Below are positions 1 through 9,323 of a stretch of DNA of 64,000 nucleotides, one piece after another. This DNA comes from Phycisphaerae bacterium (lineage in GTDB: Bacteria; Planctomycetota; Phycisphaerae; SM23-33): the NCBI GenBank assembly GCA_016782885.1, contig JADHXQ010000006.1, forward strand, positions 6,144-70,143, in the 5' to 3' direction. Under the pieces are notes generated by a model, which worked only from the letters and a program-made list of their open reading frames with translations, made no database searches and was not told the origin of the DNA. Positions within the stretch are counted from its first letter, which is position 1; every line of letters begins with the position of its first letter. The position numbers and the translations under genes were made by a program.

Positions 1-1
1 C

Positions 2-1369
2 AAGGACAGAATCGTCGCCATCAACGGGCGGAAAACCGAGCATAACTGGGACATAGAGAAACTCGAGAAAACCATGCTGGGGCAGCCCGTGCAGATAACG
101 GTCGAACGGACCGTTGACGGAAAGACCACGCAAGTGGACCTCGATCCGATCCAGCCGATGGTCATCAACACCACGGTATTCTATCTCAAGGACGGCGAGG
201 TGATTCGCGGCAAGGTCGCAGGTTTCGATAATGAACACAGGATCCTTACGCTGCAGGTGACCGAAAATGGCGGGCAGGTCGAGCGGAAGGTGTCGGTCGA
301 GAACCTGGCCAACACACACTACAATCCCAACAGCGGATGGGCAAAGGAATTTCTCGACGTGCTGGGCATGATCCCCCGTCTGCGTATTGGCGCGGTCAGC
401 GATGGTTCGCCGGCCCACAAAGCCGGACTCCAGACCGGCGATATCATTGTCCGCTACGGGGGCCACACTGCCCCCACACACCTGAAGCTCAAGGAACTCA
501 ACAAGAAATTCGCCACAGACGGTGCGGATATCGTCGTCGTACGTGACGGAAAGCAGCTCCCCCCCCTCAAGATCAAACCAAGGGCTCACCGCGGAGACTT
601 CCTGCTAGGGATCATCGTTAACATCGATATGGAACACCTGGTGGTAGCCGGCGTCAGAGAGAACTCGCCGGCAGCCGACCGCGAAATTATTACCGGGGAC
701 GTCATCGAAAAGGTCAACGACCAGAACGTCACCACCTGGCCTGACCTCCTGTCCGCACTGAGCAGGCTGAAAGGCAAGGATGTCACGCTGACGATGCGGC
801 GAGGCAGCAACCAATCCGAGAAAACCATCGCCCTGGCCGAGGCGCCCGTCTCTAAAAAATCTCCCTTCGACACCAAGACCCCGCCTGTCTTCGACGAATC
901 CGACTACTCCACCAGCATACTGACCGGACCGTGGAACTACCGGATCCTGCTGGACCCGAAGATATCCAGGAATCCGGCGGCCGCCCTGGCTTGGGGCGCC
1001 AGGGAAACGATGTTCTTCATCACCACCAGCTATGCCACTCTCCGCAGCCTGATCAACCGAACGGTCTCGACCAAAGACATCGCCGGTCCGGTGGGCATCG
1101 GTTCGATGGCTATCGCGGCCGGGAGAAGGAGCATGCTCGATTTCGCATACTTCATGGCCATGATCTCGGTATCGCTGGCGGTGGTCAACTTTCTCCCGTT
1201 CCCCGTGGTCGACGGCGGACACGCACTGTTCCTGGTAATCGAGAAGATTCGGGGCAGGCCTCTCAGCGTACGCGTGATGAATGCCGTCCAGATGGTCGGT
1301 CTGGCGATGATCCTCCTGGTATTTGTGCTCGTTACGTGGCAGGATATTGCCCGCATCTGGAGCGGATGA
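2..1369 (+). CDS. rseP: RIP zinc metalloprotease RseP (site-2 protease, M50), C-terminal part; 5' end lies outside the window
   Basis: Reading frame is open from position 2. PDZ-like segments (GAVSDGSPAHKAGLQTGDIIV, ITGDVIEKVND). C-terminal hydrophobic M50 core (ISVSLAVVNFLPFPVVDGGHALFLVIEKIRGRPL). Confidence 0.8.
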   Translation, partial: KDRIVAINGRKTEHNWDIEKLEKTMLGQPVQITVERTVDGKTTQVDLDPIQPMVINTTVFYLKDGEVIRGKVAGFDNEHRILTLQVTENGGQVERKVSVENLANTHYNPNSGWAKEFLDVLGMIPRLRIGAVSDGSPAHKAGLQTGDIIVRYGGHTAPTHLKLKELNKKFATDGADIVVVRDGKQLPPLKIKPRAHRGDFLLGIIVNIDMEHLVVAGVRENSPAADREIITGDVIEKVNDQNVTTWPDLLSALSRLKGKDVTLTMRRGSNQSEKTIALAEAPVSKKSPFDTKTPPVFDESDYSTSILTGPWNYRILLDPKISRNPAAALAWGARETMFFITTSYATLRSLINRTVSTKDIAGPVGIGSMAIAAGRRSMLDFAYFMAMISVSLAVVNFLPFPVVDGGHALFLVIEKIRGRPLSVRVMNAVQMVGLAMILLVFVLVTWQDIARIWSG

Positions 1370-1474
1370 TTCTCCAAGCTGCCGCCGCCGTGGAAGAACC
1401 GCAAAGACATACTTGAAAACTTCGTGCCAATCTCTAACATACCGTTTGCGCGCAGCGCTGCGCGGAATCCCTAA

Positions 1475-2824
<1,350 letters not shown>

Positions 2825-2870
2825 CGATAACACTACAGGCTCAAGCTTAGGCGGCGCCATCGGGCGCGGC

Positions 2871-3287
2871 GTGGGGTTCGTCGTACTGGCCGGGCTGGGA
2901 ATGGCGATTATCGCGGCGCTGGTGCTCATGCCCGCCTGGGCCAACGTCGTCCGTGCGGAACACGATCTGGCCGTCAAGCGCGCCAATATCGCCCACAGCA
3001 GAAAGTTAGTCGCCGCCGGAGCAAGGCTCAACAATGCCATTCCTCACGATCGAGTCGTAAACGAACGACTGGTGAAAGGGACGGTGAGGCAAGACCTGAT
3101 TCACAACCCGCCGGTCGAGTATCCGCCCGAGCCGAGCGGATGGCGCCTGGGACTCGCTGACAAACTCGCACAACCAAAGACCCGTCGCGGTCTGTCCTTC
3201 GTGGCGTATGTGGCATTGGCGGGAGCAATGTTCCTGTTCATCCCGCCGCTGATCAGACAAGCATCTCGTTCCCGTCAAGCGACATGA
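2871..3287 (+). CDS. Hypothetical small membrane protein (start uncertain; the ORF is open from 2766 but overlaps the eno 3' end)
   Basis: Two hydrophobic segments (MAIIAALVLMPAWA; AYVALAGAMFLFIPPLI). GTG at 2871 or ATG at 2901 are possible starts. No recognisable family. Confidence 0.3.
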   Translation: MGFVVLAGLGMAIIAALVLMPAWANVVRAEHDLAVKRANIAHSRKLVAAGARLNNAIPHDRVVNERLVKGTVRQDLIHNPPVEYPPEPSGWRLGLADKLAQPKTRRGLSFVAYVALAGAMFLFIPPLIRQASRSRQAT

Positions 3288-5025
3288 TACTTCGCAGCTT
3301 CCTGATCGCCTGAATCTCGATCTGGCGGACGCGCTCTTTGGATATCCCCAATTCCCGCCCGAGCACCTCCAGCGTTTTCTGGGGGATATCGGCATCGAGA
3401 CCGAAGTGATCGGTGACAATCGTCCGTTCCACTGACGAAAGCTGCGCCAGGACTACCGCGATGCTCTCTCTCAACTCGTCCATATTCAGTTCGTTGGGAT
3501 CGTACGTGCGAAGGGATGCCGCTATGTCAAGCACTTCATCGTGCCCTGTGGCGAAGTGGTCGAGCTGGTATCGTTCCTTGGGCACCGAACGGGCGTAATT
3601 CCGCATGATCGCCCACGATGCATACGTGCTGAAACGAAAACCCCTGGAATAGTCGAACTTTTCGACGGCCCGCATCAGCGACACATTTCCATCGCTGATC
3701 AGCTCAAACAGAGTCTGGGCGCCGCCGACGTGCTTCTTGGCGATAGAGACCACGAGCCGCAGATTTGAACGAATAATGCGGTCCTTAACCACATTGGCCC
3801 TCACCAGAAGCGTTTCGATCTCCTTGAGCTGCGGGGTTCGAACGCGGTCGATATCGATTTTTGAACGGAGTTGATCGGCTTTGTACTTCAGGTAGTTATA
3901 GCAGCGGAAGAGATCCCGCTCGCCCTCGGCGCCGAGCAGCGGAACGTCGTACAGCGCCTGCAGATAAGGCGGAAGGCCCGCCGGAGGCTTGGCTACGCGT
4001 GACGATGAGGAGGTTTGGTCGCCCTTTTTGCGCGGCTTGGACCAGAAAATGAGTTCATCGGCATCGGGCAGTTCAAACTCCTCGCTATCGACGAAGCTTA
4101 TGGGACGATTGAGCAGTTGTTTGGCACGCATTTCATTTACTATGCGGTAGATACTTCCCCGCTTGCGACGGTACTTCTCAGCCAGAATTGGTACGGGTAT
4201 ACCCCTTAGGAAGCTGCGGTAGATCGAAGCCTTCTCTCGATCGCCCAGCGGGTTAGGCATGGCGGCGAAGATTGTATTGTTGGGGTGCTTCAGGTCGTAG
4301 TTCCTGATCGTGTAGCGAATGGTCTCCGCGGCGCGTCCGGTCTTGCGGGCGATTCTCCTGGCCACGTCGCTCAACCTGCAGTTTGTGAACGCCACCATCC
4401 GCCTGGCGCGCCGGATGATGTCCGCCCGTTCGCTGCCTGACATCTGCGTGAAACTGACCGAGCGGGACACGTCCCTGAGATGGTTGTCGGTGAACCACTG
4501 CACGGAACTTTCAAGGAACGCCACTCTCCGCTTACCGTCGGGGAATATGAGCCTGCGTGACGGCATTCCTCGCCGGCGCCAGCGTTGGACGGTTTTCGTC
4601 GAGATGTTAAACCGCCTGGCAAGAGAAGGCGTGTCGAATACAAACCCCGGGTAGTCTGATGTACGCAGTTCGAAACTGTCGCAGATGTCGAACATAAGGG
4701 ATTGCAGATCGCCCAGAAGCCCTTTGCCCTCAAGCATACCCGCCGAAACCTGCCCGGGAGGTGGACGATAGCCCGTCAAGCGAAAAAAGATGAACTCAAA
4801 GGGATACGTGCGATCCGATTCAATCATGCGGATCAGGAGTTCGGCTGCATCGATATACCCCCTGCGCAGACGCATGAGCCCCGCACACAACTCGCCCGCT
4901 AGCTCCTCCATACCGGTGTTCGTATACTTCCGCATCTGCACGCTGTCCTTTGCGTTGTCGGCGTCCCAGCCAACAATCCGTGCATCGCTATCATGCATTA
5001 TGCGCTGTGAACTCGCTTCTTGCAA
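3253..5025 (-). CDS. Sigma-70 family RNA polymerase sigma factor with an N-terminal extension of about 300 aa
   Basis: C-terminal 290 aa carry region 1.2 (YLQALYDVPLLGAEGE), region 2 (RSNLRLVVSIAKKHVGGAQTLFELISDGNVSLMRAVEKFDYSRGFRFSTYASWAIMRN), region 3 and region 4 (ISKERVRQIEIQAIRKLR). The N-terminal 300 aa have no sigma homology. Confidence 0.85.
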   Translation of the reverse strand: MQEASSQRIMHDSDARIVGWDADNAKDSVQMRKYTNTGMEELAGELCAGLMRLRRGYIDAAELLIRMIESDRTYPFEFIFFRLTGYRPPPGQVSAGMLEGKGLLGDLQSLMFDICDSFELRTSDYPGFVFDTPSLARRFNISTKTVQRWRRRGMPSRRLIFPDGKRRVAFLESSVQWFTDNHLRDVSRSVSFTQMSGSERADIIRRARRMVAFTNCRLSDVARRIARKTGRAAETIRYTIRNYDLKHPNNTIFAAMPNPLGDREKASIYRSFLRGIPVPILAEKYRRKRGSIYRIVNEMRAKQLLNRPISFVDSEEFELPDADELIFWSKPRKKGDQTSSSSRVAKPPAGLPPYLQALYDVPLLGAEGERDLFRCYNYLKYKADQLRSKIDIDRVRTPQLKEIETLLVRANVVKDRIIRSNLRLVVSIAKKHVGGAQTLFELISDGNVSLMRAVEKFDYSRGFRFSTYASWAIMRNYARSVPKERYQLDHFATGHDEVLDIAASLRTYDPNELNMDELRESIAVVLAQLSSVERTIVTDHFGLDADIPQKTLEVLGRELGISKERVRQIEIQAIRKLRSIMSLDGNEMLV

Positions 5026-5169
5026 GGGGTTTCCCGAATATTGCGACCAATAAACTCACCCCGAAGAACAATTCGACATGTCAAAACAAAACCCCGCAAC
5101 CGCTCATTGACCCTGCCGCGGGCACTGGTGTCTGCCACCGGCTCAAACTACCACACACCGATCCGGACA

Positions 5170-6729
5170 TCAAAGGGCGTTGTCAACGTACGGAAAACCT
5201 TTCAGTTCCTCCAGTTGCTGCTCAAGAAGAACGGCGCGGGTCTTGTCGTCGGGGTCACCGGTAAGCCAATGCCTCGCCCGACGTGCCCGTAACTCACGAC
5301 ATTGATAGCTCCACTTGAATCTGGTATCGGCCTTGGCAGTCGCCTCTTCGTAGAGTTTTGCGGCGGCGGCAAAACTATCGGATGCGGCCTTCTTGTCGCC
5401 TTGCGTCTTACCGGCGAAAGCGGACATTTCAGCGGTTTTCGGTGAAGTCCCCTCCAATGCGGCGGTCTCCCAAAGGGCCTTGAGCCTCGCGTTGGTCGCC
5501 TCGACAGACTGACGCGCCGAAATAACCGCCAGAAAAGCCCACGCCTTGCCCATCAAGACCCCGGCCTCACCGCTGATGGCCTCGGCATTGGACGCCGAAG
5601 CGTGCTGCCGGAACTGCTTCATCGCCTCCAGTGCAGCAACATACTGCTGGGTCGCGGATGCCTGTTCCGCGTCAACTTTTCCACACGCAACCATCAGGGT
5701 ATCGACGTTCCCGGCGATTTCCTGACCAGTCTTGTTTATGGCGAGGGTCGCTTTGTCCAGTTCACCCTTTGCCGCATCGCGATTGTCGGCAAAACCCTTC
5801 AGCACTCCAGTCCCCGATACGACACTGAGCTTGGCGCCGGTTAATTCGAGGTTCATTATGGCCAGGGCGGACTTGGCACTGTCGATCTTGGTCTGCGTAT
5901 CTTCAGCATCCTGACCGGCCTCGTTGGCAATGTTCTGCTGTACAAACGACTTTTCCAGAAGCTTGAGTCGTTCATCTCTTTCGGCCACCTTGCTGAGAGT
6001 CCGCAATTCGCTGGCCTCATTGCTGTATTTGGTCGCAGTGGCGAGCAATTCACCCCGCTTGGTCTGCAGCTTGGTGATTGCTGATTCCTGGGCGGTAATA
6101 GCACTTTCAAGCCGCGTTATGTCGGCCTGTGCATCGGTCTTCATCTTATCCGCGGCGGTTTCCCGGGTCTGGGTCAGAGGTGCAATCTGCCTGATACTGA
6201 CCAGGCCTTCCTGAACGGATAGTATCCCGGTATCTATGGCTGCTATCGCCTGGACGGCCTGGACGGCAGCGCTCTCTGCACACCGGAGATGGTATTGCGC
6301 TTTGGCGGTCAGTACCTGCCCAATGAGTGAATATGCGACAGCCCTGGTTTCCTTGCGGGCTTCGGGAGTTTTATCGAGGGAGGCCTTGAGCTCTTTCCGG
6401 AGTTCATCGAGGCGCTTGGGAATGGTGGTATTCTGATGTCCTGCTTCCAGAACCGTTATCCTGTCCAAGTGCTCCTGCTTGATCTCATCTTTGTCGTTCT
6501 TCTTGACTTTCTTGAAGATCGGCGGAAGCTTTCCATCGACCTTGACGTTAGGACCGGCGAGCAAACCCATGACCTGGTTATGTATCCGAGATGCGCGCTC
6601 GATAGTCTTCCGCAGCATATCCGTCTGGGACTGCGAAGCTGACTGTGGCATCATCACCAATCCCGCCATAATCCCGACGAATACCAGGATGCCTATTGCA
6701 CCAAACAAAATAGATGTCTTGCCTTGCAC
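5170..6729 (-). CDS. Hypothetical N-terminally membrane-anchored coiled-coil protein
   Basis: N-terminal TM (ILFGAIGILVFVGIMAGLVMM) followed by about 480 aa of Ala/Glu/Lys/Gln-rich coiled-coil-like sequence. Confidence 0.5.
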   Translation of the reverse strand: MQGKTSILFGAIGILVFVGIMAGLVMMPQSASQSQTDMLRKTIERASRIHNQVMGLLAGPNVKVDGKLPPIFKKVKKNDKDEIKQEHLDRITVLEAGHQNTTIPKRLDELRKELKASLDKTPEARKETRAVAYSLIGQVLTAKAQYHLRCAESAAVQAVQAIAAIDTGILSVQEGLVSIRQIAPLTQTRETAADKMKTDAQADITRLESAITAQESAITKLQTKRGELLATATKYSNEASELRTLSKVAERDERLKLLEKSFVQQNIANEAGQDAEDTQTKIDSAKSALAIMNLELTGAKLSVVSGTGVLKGFADNRDAAKGELDKATLAINKTGQEIAGNVDTLMVACGKVDAEQASATQQYVAALEAMKQFRQHASASNAEAISGEAGVLMGKAWAFLAVISARQSVEATNARLKALWETAALEGTSPKTAEMSAFAGKTQGDKKAASDSFAAAAKLYEEATAKADTRFKWSYQCRELRARRARHWLTGDPDDKTRAVLLEQQLEELKGFPYVDNAL

Positions 6730-6830
6730 GTTCGTCTCCCTGTCGGGCCACGGTTATCTCAGCCCGGGTTTATTATGTCTTGTACCATGAAACGGAAGCG
6801 ATTTCAACGCTGACTTTCGCCAATGTACCG

Positions 6831-7475
6831 TCACTGACCACAGAACTCCTCAATCCGTCCCAATACACGATCAACATGTTCCAGGGAGGCAGTATAGTCC
6901 TGCCGCCTTTTCAGGATCGGGATGCAGAACATTATTATACCGTTTCGCACTTCGGCGCTGACGACCTGATCGGCCAGCAGACCGCTTGCCTCGGCCAACG
7001 CGCGAGCTAACTCCAAGTCGCCACAGCACATCCACTTGCCGACGCACATGGCCCCTGCGATGCTCGACATGGGCGCCGCCTGGGCGTCATCAACATGCCA
7101 CATAACCAGTTTGCCCAACACCATGTGAGTCTGGACCACAATCACCGCGTAGTGTCTCGTCATCCGGCGAGTGGCGTGCCCGACTTCATAGCGAAAATCA
7201 AACGCGCGGACAGGAACACCGCGAACATGTCCATGCGTAACATTGCAGGCCCTGGGCCCGTGCCCGCTCGATATCAAGGCGAAGCCACCATACCTCCGCG
7301 GAACGTCGAAAGGGTCGCTCGGAGAGAAATGCATATCCATCTCGTGGGCCTTTCGGGCCAGAGAATTGGTCCGACGCAGTTGCCTGAGCCCCATTACCAC
7401 GAAAGAAATCACCGAAGCAACCAGCACGCCGATCAACAGTAGTGTGAAGATGTCCTGCACGTTCTCTCCACGCAC
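6831..7475 (-). CDS. Hypothetical membrane protein (start probably GTG at 7475 or 7460; the ORF is open to 7550 but overlaps the upstream gene)
   Basis: Single N-terminal TM (IFTLLLIGVLVASVISFVVMGL). No known domain. Confidence 0.35.
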   Translation of the reverse strand: MRGENVQDIFTLLLIGVLVASVISFVVMGLRQLRRTNSLARKAHEMDMHFSPSDPFDVPRRYGGFALISSGHGPRACNVTHGHVRGVPVRAFDFRYEVGHATRRMTRHYAVIVVQTHMVLGKLVMWHVDDAQAAPMSSIAGAMCVGKWMCCGDLELARALAEASGLLADQVVSAEVRNGIIMFCIPILKRRQDYTASLEHVDRVLGRIEEFCGQ

Positions 7476-7488
7476 ATGCCCCCGGGTC

Positions 7489-8958
7489 TCAACGCTTCTC
7501 TTTGGGTTTGGCTTTGGGTTTGACTTTGGGTTTGGGTTCCACCCTGGCACCGTCTTTACCGCTCCGATTTCGCGGTGGAAGAGTGCCCCCCCCGCCGCTG
7601 AGATTCAGTTTCATACCAAATGGGGGCTTGTACTCAAGATGGTAGTCCGGATAACCCGGAGTGGACAACGAACTGATCCAGCCATGGATGAACTTGTATG
7701 CGGGCTGCTCTCGATTTTTGAACAGATTGCGAATGGCCTTCTTCGTAGCCGGATGCGGACGTTTCGCCTGCGACTTCGGTAGCAGATACTCCAGAAGCAG
7801 GGACTCATGGGGCGTGTCACGATCCAGTGTGCGACCGCCATTCTTCCCGGACGTACCGGCCAGAACAATGAAGTTCGTATAAGCAATCTTACCGTCACGC
7901 GTCGGAACATTAAACAGTTTGACCTTGCCCACTCCCTCCGGGGCGCCGTGGCAAGCCATGGTCGCACAGTTCTGCCTTACTACGGGCCAGATTTTCGAAC
8001 GAAACGTCTTCATGAAGACAGGGTCGGTCTCTATGAGTATGTCTTTCTTCAGGGTACCGAGGGTCGCGGGGGCAATATCCCTTTCCGGATTCAATATGTA
8101 TTTGAGTTTCTCGATCGGGGTATATCCCATGAACTTCTCACCAAAACGCATATTATCCTTAAACTCATCACGCCCGGACATCGCGGTAACGAAGCGTTGA
8201 AGCACGCGATTGCGATACTTGACACGAACGAAATCGCCTTTCTGGTTAAACTCTTCAAGCCGCACCTTGTAGATATCCGCTACAGACAGCAGGTGCTTGT
8301 CCTCAACGCCCGCAGTACTGACGTCACCAGCGGCAATGGCAGTATTGATCTTATTAAGCAATGTCGCAGCTTCGACAAGTTGTGGATTGAGTTTCAGCGC
8401 CGTAGTCAGCACAACCTTTGCTTCGCGCAAGAGCTTCTTCTCGTAGGCCCACTTACCAAGCCGCAGGTATCCCTTGACATCATTGGCCCTAATCGCCGCA
8501 CGCCTCTTGAAGTATTCCTCCCGAAGCTTGGCGGGATCTTCGGTTCTTTTCTTCTTTGCCTCGATTTCCTCGAGCAGCAGTTTGGCCCGCTCGTGTTTCG
8601 CGTCGTTTTTCAAGATGGCTTCGAGGATACCCGCCGCCTCCGACAACAAGCCCTTCTTAAACGCCCACTGGGCCAGCCTGTAGCGTGCCTTGACGTTATC
8701 GGGCTTGACCTTGGCGAGTTTACTGTGGAATTCTTCGAGAGGTGTGGTGGCATCTTCGATGCGAGCGACTTCGTCTGCAGGTACGAAGATCACGCCGATC
8801 CGCATCTGCACGTTGTAGCCATTCTTGTCTTTTACCTTGGTTATCAGTCCGACATGCCTGCGCCCATCCTTCCGGACCAATGCCTGGGTCTTGGCAATCG
8901 CACCAGAGACAAACAGCAAAACAAGCACCAGCGATAAAACTACCTTGTTCATCGTCAA
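7489..8958 (-). CDS. Hypothetical secreted protein with TPR-like helical repeats and a Lys/Pro-rich C-terminus
   Basis: Signal peptide (MTMNKVVLSLVLVLLFVSGAIA). Helical repeat region (YRLAQWAFKKGLLSEAAGILEAILK; YLRLGKWAYEKKLLREAKVVLTTALKLNP). Contains the motif CATMACHG (CX4CH). C-terminal KPKVKPKAKPKEKR tail. Confidence 0.55.
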   Translation of the reverse strand: MTMNKVVLSLVLVLLFVSGAIAKTQALVRKDGRRHVGLITKVKDKNGYNVQMRIGVIFVPADEVARIEDATTPLEEFHSKLAKVKPDNVKARYRLAQWAFKKGLLSEAAGILEAILKNDAKHERAKLLLEEIEAKKKRTEDPAKLREEYFKRRAAIRANDVKGYLRLGKWAYEKKLLREAKVVLTTALKLNPQLVEAATLLNKINTAIAAGDVSTAGVEDKHLLSVADIYKVRLEEFNQKGDFVRVKYRNRVLQRFVTAMSGRDEFKDNMRFGEKFMGYTPIEKLKYILNPERDIAPATLGTLKKDILIETDPVFMKTFRSKIWPVVRQNCATMACHGAPEGVGKVKLFNVPTRDGKIAYTNFIVLAGTSGKNGGRTLDRDTPHESLLLEYLLPKSQAKRPHPATKKAIRNLFKNREQPAYKFIHGWISSLSTPGYPDYHLEYKPPFGMKLNLSGGGGTLPPRNRSGKDGARVEPKPKVKPKAKPKEKR

Positions 8959-9039
8959 CTACCTCTGTGGGACATATCGTACTTATCGGTCGGAATCCCG
9001 TATCCGTCCAATATTAGCTGTCGGCTTTCAGCTATCAGC

Positions 9040-9120
9040 CTTCAGCTAACAACTAACGCTCTTTCGCCGGGTCGTTACCGTTGCCTTTAACTAATAGCTG
9101 ATAGCTGATAGCTGATAGCT
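9040..9120. repeat. Imperfect inverted repeat ending in (GATAGCT)x4 heptamer tandem repeats, between tRNA-Cys and the downstream gene
   Basis: cagctatcagccttcagctaacaactaa ... ttaactaatagctgatagctgatagctgatagct. The arms are approximate reverse complements. Confidence 0.6.
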
Positions 9121-9127
9121 ATTCTCA

Positions 9128-9201
9128 AGGCGGCAGTGGGATTCGAACCCACGAATAACGGATTTGCAATCCGTCGCCTTAGTCCGCTTGGCTATGCCGC
9201 C
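9128..9201 (-). tRNA. tRNA-Cys (GCA)
   Basis: Reverse complement folds as a cloverleaf: acceptor GGCGGCA/TGCCGCC, anticodon stem ACGGA/TCCGT with loop TTGCAAA (anticodon GCA), T-arm GTGGG-TTCGAAT-CCCAC. CCA is not encoded. Confidence 0.9.
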
Positions 9202-9323
9202 GGTGTTTGTCTCGACAGTATATGCATCCGGTCGAAAAGATCAACTTTCCATCGGCACGCGAAGTTATCCCAACTCGCCAAAAATTTCTCTCGGTAACCG
9301 ACCGAACCGGATCCAAACCAGCT

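Noticed and set aside
7489-8958. c-type heme-binding site in the 489-aa secreted protein
   Set aside because: The motif is CX4CH rather than canonical CXXCH. It is kept only as a low-confidence note and not called a cytochrome.
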